A stretch of DNA of 64,000 nucleotides from assembly GCA_032654565.1 (NCBI GenBank), contig JAULAX010000015.1, positions 672,001 to 736,000 on the forward strand, given 5' to 3'. Below are positions 11,771-23,949 of this stretch, piece after piece. The position numbers were made by a program, and so were the translations under genes. Each line of letters starts with the position of its first letter. The first letter of the stretch is position 1. The notes beneath the pieces were generated by a model. It was not told the origin of the DNA and ran no database searches. It saw only the letters and a program-made list of their open reading frames with translations. This DNA comes from Anaeromyxobacteraceae bacterium (GTDB taxonomy: Bacteria; Myxococcota; Myxococcia; Myxococcales; Anaeromyxobacteraceae).

Positions 11771-12694
11771 ATGTCGACCCGGCTCCTCGCGCTGCTGCTC
11801 GCCGCCACCGCCGCCTGCGCCTCCGTGCCCGTGGTGCCCCCGCCCCCGCCTCCGCCGCTCCCGATGCCGGCGCCCGGGCCACCGCCCATGCCGCGGGTGG
11901 CGCTGGTGCTGGGCGGCGGGGCCGCCCGCGGCTTCGCCCACATCGGGGTCATCCGCATCCTCGAGCAGGAGAAGATCCCCATCGACCTGGTGGTCGGCAC
12001 CAGCGTCGGGAGCCTGATCGGCGCGCTCTACGCGCAGCAGCGCGACGTCTTCGAGCTGGAGTGGACCGCCTTCGCGCTCACCCGGGACGACCTGCTCGAC
12101 ACCGGGGTCCTGAACGCCTTCGTGGGCATGGGGCTCGCCAAGGGGGAGCGGCTGGAGAAGTTCGTGGAGTCGAAGCTGAAGGTCAAGACCATCGAGGCGC
12201 TGCAGGTGCCCTTCGTCGCCGTGGCCACCGACCTCAACTGGGGGACCAGGGTGGTCATCGACCACGGCTCCATCTCCCGGGCGGTGCACGCCTCCAGCGC
12301 CATCCCCGGGATCTTCGAGCCGGTGTCGCACCTGGGGAAGATCCTGGTGGACGGCGGGGTGGTGGACAACATCCCCATCTCGGTGGCCCGCGACCGCGGC
12401 GCCGACCTGGTGATCGCGGTCGACATCAGCGAGCAGGTCGGCAACACCAACATCACCAACATGTTCGACGTGCTGCTGCAGTCGGCCAACATCATGTTCG
12501 CGCTCAACGTGGAGCACTCCAAGCGCGGCGCCGACGTGCTGGTCACCCCGGACGTCGGTGGCGTGGCCATGCTCGACTTCTCCCAGAAGAAGCGCTGCAT
12601 GCAGGCCGGCATGGACGCGGCCCGCGCCGCCCTGCCACGGATCCGCGCCGCCATCGCCGACTGGCAGGCCAGGCGCCCGGCGCCGGGGAGCTGA
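11771..12694 (+). CDS. Patatin-like phospholipase, putative lipoprotein
   Basis: GGGAARG, GTSVG and DGG patatin motifs; signal peptide ending TAAC. Confidence 0.9.
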   Translation: MSTRLLALLLAATAACASVPVVPPPPPPPLPMPAPGPPPMPRVALVLGGGAARGFAHIGVIRILEQEKIPIDLVVGTSVGSLIGALYAQQRDVFELEWTAFALTRDDLLDTGVLNAFVGMGLAKGERLEKFVESKLKVKTIEALQVPFVAVATDLNWGTRVVIDHGSISRAVHASSAIPGIFEPVSHLGKILVDGGVVDNIPISVARDRGADLVIAVDISEQVGNTNITNMFDVLLQSANIMFALNVEHSKRGADVLVTPDVGGVAMLDFSQKKRCMQAGMDAARAALPRIRAAIADWQARRPAPGS

Positions 12695-12763
12695 GCGGCG
12701 GGCTCGCGGAGCCCCGGGCTCGGCCTGCGCCGCAGCGCGGACCGGGCTACGTGAGTGGCGCCC

Positions 12764-13129
12764 TCACGCCGGCCGGACCTGCTTGTGGACCTTCTTGAGG
12801 AAGGTCTTGGTGCAGCGACCGTGGGTCTCCTCGTGGTTCATGATCTCGGCGACCAGCCGGGTCTTGGCGTCGGCGGAGAGCGTCGCGCAGGCGTTGACCT
12901 CGCGGGCCAGCTGGATGCCCTGCGGCGTGACCGGGGCCCTCGGCCCGGTCGGGGCCGCGGCCGCCGGCCGGTGGTGCTCCGGCTTGGTCTTGGTGACGTC
13001 GTGGAACCCGAAGGACGAGTCGGCGCGCCGCCCGGAGCCGCGGCAGCTGGGGCAGGTGGCGGTGGTGCCACCGAGGGCGTTGCTGACGCGGCCGTCACCG
13101 CCGCAGAACCTGCAGATCTCCTCTTCCAT
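12764..13129 (-). CDS. Small protein with a DnaJ-type CxxCxGxG zinc finger
   Basis: CRFCGGDG and CPSCRGSG; GGAGG RBS upstream of ATG 13129. Confidence 0.75.
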   Translation of the reverse strand: MEEEICRFCGGDGRVSNALGGTTATCPSCRGSGRRADSSFGFHDVTKTKPEHHRPAAAAPTGPRAPVTPQGIQLAREVNACATLSADAKTRLVAEIMNHEETHGRCTKTFLKKVHKQVRPA

Positions 13130-13295
13130 GCGATCCTCCCTTGGGCGTCGGCGCGGCGTGCCCCCATCGGTAGAGGGACCTGTCGAGACCCGGTGAGTGT
13201 AGGGCAGCCGGCGGCGGGGGTCATGCCGCTTCCCGGGCCACCGGCCGATGGTCGCCGGCCATGGATCCAGGCGCCCACTCGAGGCCGGGTCGGAG

Positions 13296-13313
13296 TTGGC
13301 ATGTCCCGTGCTT
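13296..13313 (+). promoter_or_regulatory. Putative sigma-54 (-24/-12) promoter of the DUF3494 gene
   Basis: TTGGCATGTCCCGTGCTT has the GG-N10-GC spacing. Confidence 0.5.
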
Positions 13314-13419
13314 GAGGGACAGCAGTAACGTGCGGACGCCAGTCGGCTCCCGCACATCCACTCACCTCTCCGGAAGAGCCTCGGCGGCGGTGGCGTCCAC
13401 TCTGGCTCGGAGCAGACCC

Positions 13420-14361
13420 TTGATCACACGCAGCCCTCGCATCGCCCTCCTCGCCTCGGTCGTCGCCTTCTCGGCGCTCGCCTGCGGCACCGCACCGTCC
13501 GCCACCCCCGCCTCCTCCACCCCCGCAGCGCCGTTCCTGGTCATGGCCGCCGCCGCCACGCCGCCGTTCGGCACCTCGGGGAGCTTCGCCATCCTGGCGA
13601 ACACCGCGGTGGCCTGCACCGACGCCACCATCATCGGCGACGTCGGCGTCTCGCCCGGCAGCGCCATCGTGCAGACCAACTGCCCGGTGACCGGCGCCCT
13701 CCACCCCAACGACGCCGCGGCCACCCAGGCCTACGCCGACTTCCTCGTCGCCTATGACGCCGTCGCGGCCATGCCGTGCGACCAGACCCTGATCACGCTC
13801 GACGGCCTGACCCTGGCGCCGGGCGTCTACTGCTTCGACGCGGCCGCCACCTCCACCGGCGGCGTGCTGACCCTCGACGGGCCGGCCACCGGCAGCTGGA
13901 TCTTCAAGGTCGGCACCCTCGGGACCGGCGCCCTGACCGGCACCGGCTTCTCGGTGACCACGCCGGCCGGCACGCCGCCGGCCTGCAGCAACGTCACCTG
14001 GTGGACGGCCCAGGCCGTCACCCTCACCGACTCGCAGTTCGTCGGCAACGTCCTGGCCGGCGCCGCCGTCACCCTGACCCGCGGGACCTTCGGCGGCAAC
14101 GCCGCCTCCAAGGCCGGCGTCACCATCACCGGCGACGCGGTCACCGGCTGCACCATGGGCAACGGCAACGGCAACGGCGGCGGCCACGGCGGCGGCTCGT
14201 CCTGCAAGAGCGAAGAGGACGACAGCGACGACGACCGCGGCGAGGCCTCCAGCTCCAGCGACGACGACGAGCACGACGGCCACTGCGAAAAGGACCACCA
14301 CGGCGACCGTGACCACCACGACGGCGACCGGGACCAGAAGCACCACGACAGCAAGAAGTAG
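13420..14361 (+). CDS. DUF3494 (ice-binding-like beta-solenoid) lipoprotein with an Asp/His-rich tail
   Basis: FAILA...IGDVGVSPGSAI, TLAPGVYCF, LTLDG...WIFKVG, FVGNVLA; lipobox ALAC; TTG start after GGAG. Confidence 0.82.
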   Translation: MITRSPRIALLASVVAFSALACGTAPSATPASSTPAAPFLVMAAAATPPFGTSGSFAILANTAVACTDATIIGDVGVSPGSAIVQTNCPVTGALHPNDAAATQAYADFLVAYDAVAAMPCDQTLITLDGLTLAPGVYCFDAAATSTGGVLTLDGPATGSWIFKVGTLGTGALTGTGFSVTTPAGTPPACSNVTWWTAQAVTLTDSQFVGNVLAGAAVTLTRGTFGGNAASKAGVTITGDAVTGCTMGNGNGNGGGHGGGSSCKSEEDDSDDDRGEASSSSDDDEHDGHCEKDHHGDRDHHDGDRDQKHHDSKK

Positions 14362-14368
14362 GTAGCCT

Positions 14369-14406
14369 CCCCGCGTCCGTCGCCGAATCCGGTGGCGGGC
14401 GCGGGG
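14369..14406. terminator. GC-rich hairpin between the convergent DUF3494 gene and trpA
   Basis: CCCCGCGTCCGTCGCCG / CGGTGGCGGGCGCGGGG stem with G-U pairs and a 4-nt loop. Confidence 0.6.
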
Positions 14407-14428
14407 ACCTTCAGCGCCAGCGGGTCGA

Positions 14429-15243
14429 TCAGCGACGAAGCGGCGATTCGACCCGCCGCAGCGCCCTGGCCAGCGAGGCCACGAAGGCCTTGACCCGGCC
14501 GGCGCGCGCGCTGCGCGAGCCGGGGGCGGCGCCGCGCGAGACGATGGCGCTCCCCACCACCACGCCGTCGGCCAGCGAGCCGAGCAGGCGGGCCTGCTCC
14601 GGCGTCGAGATCCCGAAGCCGATCACCACCGGCACCGGGCTTGCGGCCCGCACCGCGGCGACGCGCGCCGTCAGGTCCGGGGGCAGCTCGGCCCGGGCCC
14701 CGGTCACGCCGGTCACCGAGACGAAGTAGAGGAAGCCGCTGGCCGTCCGCGCCGCCGCGGCCACCCGCGCCGGCGTCGAGGTGGGGGCCAGCAGGAAGAC
14801 CAGCGCCAGCCCGTTCCGGGCCGCGATCTCGCCCAGCTCGCCGGCCTCCTCGGGGAGGAGGTCGGGGATGATGAAGGCGTCGACGCCGGCCGCGGCCGCC
14901 TCGGCGGCGAAGGGCTCGAAGCCGGCCGAGAGCAGCGGGTTCAAGTAGCCCATCAGCGCCACCGGCACCTGGCTGCGGGCGCGCACCGCCCGCACCACCG
15001 CCAGGCAGTCGCGCGGCGTGGTGCCGTGGCGGAGCGCCCGCTGCGCCGCCAGCTGGATGGTCTCGCCGTCGGCGATGGGGTCGGAGAAGGGGACGCCGAT
15101 CTCCAGCAGGTCGGCACCGCCGGCCACGCAGGCCAGCGCCAGCGCCGTGGAGCCGGCCAGGTCGGGGTCGCCCCCCATCACGTAGGTGACCAGGGCCCCG
15201 CGCCGCTCGGCCTTGCAGCGGGCGAAGGTGGCGGCGATCCGCT

Positions 15244-15247
<4 letters not shown>
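14429..15247 (-). CDS. trpA: Tryptophan synthase alpha chain
   Basis: [42 protein letters not shown]. Confidence 0.96.
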
Positions 15248-16571
<1,324 letters not shown>

Positions 16572-16575
<4 letters not shown>

Positions 16576-17185
16576 GGTGACTCCTTGGCGGCGCGGATGA
16601 AGCGCTCCAGCAGCTGGTGGTCCTTCACGCCGGGTGACGACTCGACGCCGCTGGCCACGTCGACGCAGTACGGGTGCACCGCGGCGATGGCCTCGGCGAC
16701 GTTGGCGGGGGTGAGGCCGCCGGCCAGGAGCACCGGGCCACGCCGGGCCAGCGCCGCGGCGGTGGGCCAGTGGCAGGTCCGGCCGCTGCCGCCGTGGTCG
16801 GCGCTGGGGGCGTCGAGCAGCAGGCCGGAGAGGCCGGCGAACGGCTCGGCCGCGGCCAGCGCCTCTTCGCCCCCCACCGGCAGGGCCTTCAGCACCGGCA
16901 GCTGGAAGGCGCGGCAGAAGAGCGGCGACTCGGCGCCGTGGAGCTGCAGCACCTGCACGCCGGAGATGGCGGCGGCGGCCACCGCCTCGTCGTGGGAGGG
17001 GTCGACGAAGACGCCCACCGCGGTGACCAGCGGCGGGAGCCGGCGGATGATGGCGCGGGCCTGGGCCGGGGCGATGAAGCGCCGCGAGCCGGGCCAGAAG
17101 TTGAAGCCGAGGGCGTCGGCGCCCAGCGCCACCGCGGCCAGGGCGTCCTCGAGCCGGGTCAGGCCGCAGATCTTGACCCGCACCG

Positions 17186-17189
<4 letters not shown>
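16572..17189 (-). CDS. trpF: Phosphoribosylanthranilate isomerase
   Basis: [30 protein letters not shown]. Confidence 0.96.
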
Positions 17190-17964
<775 letters not shown>

Positions 17965-17968
<4 letters not shown>

Positions 17969-18993
17969 GCCGGGCCCGGGCCGCGGGGGGCGCCGGTGGC
18001 CTCGACCAGCCGTCGCAGCTTCTCGGCGGCGGCCCCCGAGTCGATGGCGCGGGCGGCCACGGCGACGCCGCCGCGCAGGTCGCTGGCGGCCCCGGCGCAG
18101 ACCAGGGCGGCCGCGGCGTTGGCCAGCACGGCGTCGCGCGGGCCCCCGGCCTGGCCGCCGAGCACGTCGCGCAGGATGGCGGCGTTGCGGGCGGCGTCGC
18201 CCCCGGCCAGCGCCGACTCCGGGTGGCGGGGCAGGCCGAGGTCCTCGGGCAGGACGCAGTAGCGGTCCACCGCCCCGCCCTTGACCTCGGCGACGTGGGT
18301 CATGCCGGTGACGGCGATCTCGTCGAGCCCCTCGCCGTGGACCACGAAGGCGTGCACCGCCCCCAGCGCCGCCAGCACCCCGCCGATGACCGGGACCCAG
18401 CGCGGCTCGTAGACGCCCATCACCTGGTGGCGGGCGCCGGCCGGGTTGGCCAGCGGGCCGAGCAGGTTGAAGACGGTGCGGACCCCCAGCTCGCGGCGGA
18501 TGCCGGCCACCGCCTTGAAGGCCGGGTGGAGCCGCTGGGCGAAGAGGAAGCCGATGCCGATCTCGGCGATGGCCCGCTCCACCACCGCGGTGGGGGCGTC
18601 GACGTCGACGCCGAGCGCGCCGAGGACGTCGGCCGAGCCGGAGCGCGAGGAGACGGCGCGGTTGCCGTGCTTGGCCACCACCACCCCGGCGCCGGCCACC
18701 ACGAAGGCGGCGGTGGTGGAGATGTTGAAGGTGTTGCGCGAGTCGCCGCCGGTGCCGCAGGTGTCGACGAAGACCGGGGCGGCGACGTGGACCTTCTCGG
18801 CGCGGGCCCGCATCACCTCGGCGGCGCCGGTGATCTCGTCCACCGTCTCGCCCTTGATGCGGAGCGCGGCCAGGAAGGCGCCCACCTGGGCCGGGGTGGC
18901 GGCGCCGTCGGCGATCTCGTTCATCACCGCGGCCACCTCGACGCGGGTGAGGGCGTGGGCCTCGAGCAGCCGGGCCAGGGCCTGCTGGATCAC
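17965..18993 (-). CDS. trpD: Anthranilate phosphoribosyltransferase
   Basis: [41 protein letters not shown]. Confidence 0.96.
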
Positions 18994-19592
18994 GGCGACC
19001 TCCCCGCGGCGGCGCCGAGCCGGGCCAGCCAGTTGGCCAGCAGCGGCTTCCCGGCCTCGGTCAGGATCGACTCGGGGTGGAACTGCACGCCCTCGACGTC
19101 GAGGGTGCGGTGGCGCAGCCCCATGATCTCCTCCTCGGCGGTCCAGCTGGTGACCTCGAGCGCGTCCGGCAGCGTGGCCCGCTCCACCACCAGCGAGTGG
19201 TAGCGCCCGGCCTGGAACGGGTTGGGCAGCCCCCGGTAGAGGCCGCCGCCGGCGTGGTGGACCGGGCTGGCCTTGCCGTGGACGATCCGCTGGTTGCGCC
19301 GGACCACCCCGCCGAAGGCCTGGCCGATGGCCTGGTGGCCGAGGCAGACCCCGAGGATGGGCAGCTCGCCGGCCAGCGCGGTGATGGCCGCCAGCGTCAC
19401 CCCGGCCTCGTTGGGGGTGCAGGGGCCGGGGGAGAGGAGAAGGCCGTCGGGGCGGGCGGCGCGGATGCCGGCCACGTCGACCTGGTCGTTGCGGTGCACG
19501 GTGACCTCGGCCCCCAGCTCGCCGAGGTACTGGACCAGGTTGAAGGTGAAGCTATCGTAGTTGTCGATCAGGAGGACGCGGGGCGCGGTCAT
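18990..19592 (-). CDS. trpG: Anthranilate synthase component II (glutamine amidotransferase)
   Basis: [31 protein letters not shown]. Confidence 0.96.
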   Translation of the reverse strand: MTAPRVLLIDNYDSFTFNLVQYLGELGAEVTVHRNDQVDVAGIRAARPDGLLLSPGPCTPNEAGVTLAAITALAGELPILGVCLGHQAIGQAFGGVVRRNQRIVHGKASPVHHAGGGLYRGLPNPFQAGRYHSLVVERATLPDALEVTSWTAEEEIMGLRHRTLDVEGVQFHPESILTEAGKPLLANWLARLGAAAGRSP

Positions 19593-21161
19593 GAACGCCC
19601 TCCTTTCGCGGCCTGCTTCTTCGCCTTCACCGGGCGTGACGGGCGACGGGCCGGGCGGGCCACCGGGGCCCGGGCCACGGCGTCGAGCACCCGGGCCTCG
19701 GCCTGGGCCACCGCGGTGAAGACCGCCCGGGCCTTGTTGACCGTCTCCTGGTACTCGGTCTCCGGCACCGAGTCGTAGACCAGCCCGGCCCCCGACTGCA
19801 CCGAGACCCGCCGGCCGCTGGCCACCAGGGTGCGGATGGCGATGCAGAGCTCCATGTTGCCGCCCCGGTCGAAGTAGCCGACCGCCCCGGCGTAGGGGCC
19901 GCGCCGGGCCGGCTCCAGCTGGTCGATGATCTCCATGGCCCGCACCTTGGGCGAGCCGGAGACGGTGCCGGCCGGGAAGCCGGCGCGCAGCACGTCCACC
20001 GCGGTGCGGCCCGGGGCCAGCCGCCCCTTCACCTCCGAGACCAGGTGCATGACGTGCGAGTACCGCTCCACGGTCTTCAGCGCCGTCAGCCGCACCGAGC
20101 CGATGGCCGCCACCCGCCCCACGTCGTTGCGGCCGAGGTCGACCAGCATGACGTGCTCGGCGTTCTCCTTGGGGTCGGCGCGCAGCTCGGCCTCCAGGGC
20201 GGCGTCCTCGGCGGCGTCGCGGCCGCGCCGCCGGGTGCCGGCGATGGGGCGCAGCGTGATCTCGCCGTCCTGCAGCTTGATCAGCGTCTCCGGCGAGGAG
20301 CCGACCAGGGCCCGCTCCCCGTCCTGCAGGAAGAAGAGGTAGGGCGAGGGGTTGACCCGCCGCAGGGCCCGGTAGATCTCGAAGGGCGGCACCTGGACCT
20401 CGGCGTCGAACCGCTGCGAGAGGACGATCTGCTGGCAGTCGCCGGCGCGGACGAACTCCTTGGCCCGCTCCACCGCCGCCAGGAAGGCCTTCTTGCCGAT
20501 GCGGGGGCGCAGCACCGCCGGCGAGGCGGTGCGCCGGGCCCGGCGATCGACCAGCGGCCGGGCCAGCGCCTTGATGCGGGCGGCGATCCGCTTCAGCGCC
20601 GCGGCGTAGAGCGCCCTGGGGTCGTCGCCGAAGTCGCAGCGCACCTCGCAGATGACGTGGAGCGAGTGGCGCACGTTGTCGAAGGCCACCACCTCGTCGT
20701 AGTCGCCCAGCAGCACGTCGGGGAAGCCGTGCTCGTCCGGCTTGGAGCTGGAGACGCGCGGCTCGAAGAGGCCGACCGCTTCCCAGCCGACGTGGCCGAC
20801 CAGCCCCCCGGAGAAGGGGGGGGTGCCGGGGACGCGGACCGCGGCGTGTCCGGCCAGGGCGGCGCGGATGGCGTCGATGGGGTCGGCCGGATCGCCCAGC
20901 CTCCAGCGCAGCACCCGGCGCGGACCGGCGCCGAGGAAGGTGAAGCGGGCGCTCCGCTCGCCGCCCTCCACCGACTCGAGCAGGAAGGCGTGGGGGTGGC
21001 CGCGGGAGAGCTTGAGGAAGGCCGAGACCGGGGTCTCGGTGTCGGCGTCGATCTCGACGCGCACCGGTACGGCGCGCCCCGGTCGGCAGAGCTTCAGGAA
21101 CGTCGGGAGGTCTGGCTGGGGGCGCAGATCAGCGCCAAAGAAACACCGTCGTGCCGCGCAT
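19589..21161 (-). CDS. trpE: Anthranilate synthase component I; probably initiated at ATG 21161 with a +1 frameshift at about 21138 (start mechanism uncertain)
   Basis: [48 protein letters not shown]; no ATG/GTG/TTG in frame between 21136 and the conserved domain. Confidence 0.93.
21129..21161 (-). CDS. Trp leader peptide / zero-frame product [10 protein letters not shown]
   Basis: ATG CGC GGC ACG ACG GTG TTT CTT TGG CGC TGA overlapping the 5' end of trpE, with one Trp codon. Confidence 0.65.
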   Translation of the reverse strand: MRGTTVFLWR

Positions 21162-21324
21162 AGGGGGGACACTCTTACCCGCATGGTGCACGGGCCGCAA
21201 GACCCGGCCGACGCACGGCTCGCGCCGCGCCAGGCGCCTGACGGAACGGCCTCCCCGCCGAGGCGCCGGCCGGTCCCCGGCCCACGGGTTGGCGCACCCC
21301 GGGTCGACGGGGTATGCGTCGAGC

Positions 21325-23946
21325 GTGTCCAACCCGGTCGCCGCCCGACGCCTGGAGCTGCTCGCGGCCGCGCAGGCCGGCGGCGAGGGCTTCCTGCGCT
21401 TCGAGCCGGGGCGGCTCCGCTGCTCGCTGGGCACCTCGCTGGCCGACCTCTCGGTGCCGGTGGAGGTGGCCCCCGACGCCCGGCTCATCGTGCAGGCCGC
21501 CGCCGTCGAGGTGGCGCTGCTGCTGGTGCAGCTCCACCAGCGGCTGGTCCCCTCGGAGGAGCACGACCGGCTCTTCCTGCGCGAGGACTACGCCGGCCTC
21601 CCCCCCGTGGAGCCGACCTTCGGTGGCGCCGCGGGCGGGCCCGACCTGCGCGCCGCCGCGGCGCTGGCCGCCGCCGCCCACCCCTCCCTGACCCCCAGCC
21701 TGGTCGCCGCCTGGCTGGGGAAGGGGGGCAAGGGGCGCTCGCTGGTGGGGCTCTGGATCGAGCTGCTGCGCCGCGCCTTCGGCGAGCAGGCCACCGCCCA
21801 CGGCGAGGAGACCGCGCTGATCGTGACCCTGGCGCTGGCCGCCGAGACCGCCGCCGTGGAGGCGGTGGTGCGCCAGGCCCTGCCCATCACCAACGCCGAT
21901 CGCTGGCTGCGCGCCGGCGCCATGACCGCCCTGTGGGCGGCGGCCCAGACCGGCCTGCAGCGGGCCTTCCGCGACGCCGGTCTGGCCCCCGCCGATCCGG
22001 CCCGGGCCCGGCTGGAGGCGGTCCTGTCGCCCATGGCGTGGCTGGGGGGGCGGCTGGGGATGCAGGCGGCCGGCACCACCATCTACGGCTGCGAGCTGGC
22101 CGCCGGGGTGCCGCGCGCCGACGAGCTGGCCACCCGCCTGGCCGTCGGGCTGGCCGCCGCGGGGCTGCCCCGCGAGATGAGCGCCCTGCTGGCCGCCGAC
22201 GAGGCGGTGGCGGTGAAGGCGGAGCAGGCGGTGGCGGTGGCCCGGCTGCGCGACCTGTTCACCCAGGCGGTGCTCCACGCCGAGGTGCACGGCCAGGGGG
22301 CCAGGGTGGTCGGCCTGCGCGAGCTGCTGGCGATGCCGGGCGGGGTGGCGGCCGGCGCCGCCGACGCCGCGCCGCGGCTGTCGCTCTCCCGGCAGCTGGC
22401 GGGCGTCTCGCCGGGCGGCGAGGCCGGGGCCCTGGTGGACAGGGCGGCCCGGGCGCTGCAGGGCTGGCGGCCGCGCGAGCCCGGCGCGGTCTTCGGCCTG
22501 ACCCGCGAGGCGGCCCGCGCCGAGTACGCCCAGGCGGCGGCGGCGGTCTGCGCCGACCTGGCGCTGGAGAAGCTGGCGGCCGGCGTCACCCGGGCCATGG
22601 CCTTCCGCACCGGCCGCGAGGCCGAGGGCGGCGCCGAGGGCGAGTACGAGGCGGGGCGGCTCTACCGGCTCAGCGCCCGCCCCGGGCCGCTCCTCAAGGT
22701 GTCGGCCAACCTGCCGCTCGCCCACCTCTTCGCCGACGTCAAGGACTTCACCCGGCGGACCACGCTGCTGGGCCAGGCCTCGATGGCCGAGTTCCTGCGG
22801 CGCGAGTTCTACCTGCCCATCCTGGTGGCGGCCAAGGCGCACTTCGGCGGCATGCAGCACCTCGCCGACCGCGGCGGGGTCTCGCTCAACAACCTGCTGG
22901 GCGACGCCATCAGCTTCTCCGGCGAGATCGAGGCCATGCTGCAGCTGGCGGTCGACATCCGCGGGGCCTTCGCCACCTACACGGCGCGGCTGCAGCGGCA
23001 GATCGACGACGCGGCGGTGCGCCGGCAGCTGGAGGCGCTGGAGGGGCAGCAGGCGGTCAGCAGCCGGGCCGCGGCGCGCGCCCGCGGCGAGGCCGAGGCG
23101 GCGCTGGCCCGGGCCGCGCCGGGGAGCCCGGCCCAGGCGGCCCTGGCGGCGCAACTGGCCCGGCTGGCGGCCGCCGAGGAGCGGGCCGCCGCCGAGCGCG
23201 AGCGGGCCATGGCGCGGGCCCGCGGCGAGGGGCTGGAGGCGGGCGTGTTCATCAGCTTCGGCGACGCCCCGCTGGTGGTGATGATCGAGGACGAGGTCTT
23301 CGGCCACAACCGGGTGGCCATCGCCGAGAAGATCAACGAGTCGGCCCGCGGCACCGCCCGCGCCCCGATGGCCCGGGCCCGCGCCGACGCCCAGCTGGCC
23401 GCCGAGCGCGCCGCCCGCGGGCGCCCCGCCCTGGCCCACGCCTGGGGCGTCTTCATCGACCGGCCGCTGGGGCTGGTGGTGCCGCCCGACGTCGAGGCCC
23501 AGGCGGTGGCGGCGGCCCGGGCCGGCGACCTGCCCCTGGCCATGCGCTGGCTGGCCGGGCCGGTGCGGGACGGGCTGGAGGCGGCGGCGCAGGAGTCGGC
23601 CGACCCGCCCGGCGACATCTACAACAGCGGCGCCGCCCTCTCCGAGGAGGCGCTCACCGCCTTCCTCGCCGAGGTGTCCGACCGGCGGGTGGTCCGGCGC
23701 GTCGAGCTGGACCCCGCCACCCTCCCCGAGGCGGCGCGGGCCGACTGGTTCTACGGCGAGGGGATCCAGCCGCTGGTGATCTGCTTCCACCCCGACGGGC
23801 GGGTGGCCGAGCTGTTCCGCCGGGTCGGCCGCGCCGCCTTCAAGGGGCTGGGCGGCGTCACCGTCTGGGAGCTGTGCGCCGAGGAGGGCGGACCGGCGCT
23901 GCTGGTCCGCCTGCTCGGACGCCGCTGGCTCGACGGGGTGCGCTGA
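21325..23946 (+). CDS. Large protein containing a divergent class III nucleotidyl cyclase domain with a coiled-coil insertion
   Basis: LFADVKDFT, NNLLGDAI, GVFISFG and KINESAR match class III cyclase motifs; start (GTG 21325) is inferred. Confidence 0.7.
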   Translation: MSNPVAARRLELLAAAQAGGEGFLRFEPGRLRCSLGTSLADLSVPVEVAPDARLIVQAAAVEVALLLVQLHQRLVPSEEHDRLFLREDYAGLPPVEPTFGGAAGGPDLRAAAALAAAAHPSLTPSLVAAWLGKGGKGRSLVGLWIELLRRAFGEQATAHGEETALIVTLALAAETAAVEAVVRQALPITNADRWLRAGAMTALWAAAQTGLQRAFRDAGLAPADPARARLEAVLSPMAWLGGRLGMQAAGTTIYGCELAAGVPRADELATRLAVGLAAAGLPREMSALLAADEAVAVKAEQAVAVARLRDLFTQAVLHAEVHGQGARVVGLRELLAMPGGVAAGAADAAPRLSLSRQLAGVSPGGEAGALVDRAARALQGWRPREPGAVFGLTREAARAEYAQAAAAVCADLALEKLAAGVTRAMAFRTGREAEGGAEGEYEAGRLYRLSARPGPLLKVSANLPLAHLFADVKDFTRRTTLLGQASMAEFLRREFYLPILVAAKAHFGGMQHLADRGGVSLNNLLGDAISFSGEIEAMLQLAVDIRGAFATYTARLQRQIDDAAVRRQLEALEGQQAVSSRAAARARGEAEAALARAAPGSPAQAALAAQLARLAAAEERAAAERERAMARARGEGLEAGVFISFGDAPLVVMIEDEVFGHNRVAIAEKINESARGTARAPMARARADAQLAAERAARGRPALAHAWGVFIDRPLGLVVPPDVEAQAVAAARAGDLPLAMRWLAGPVRDGLEAAAQESADPPGDIYNSGAALSEEALTAFLAEVSDRRVVRRVELDPATLPEAARADWFYGEGIQPLVICFHPDGRVAELFRRVGRAAFKGLGGVTVWELCAEEGGPALLVRLLGRRWLDGVR

Positions 23947-23949
23947 CGT

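Noticed and set aside
21162..21184. In-frame ATG 21184 or GTG 21172 as the trpE start
   Set aside because: No SD sequence, atypical codons (GTA AGA, CTA, CGA, TGT) and overlap with the likely promoter; disfavoured but not formally excluded.
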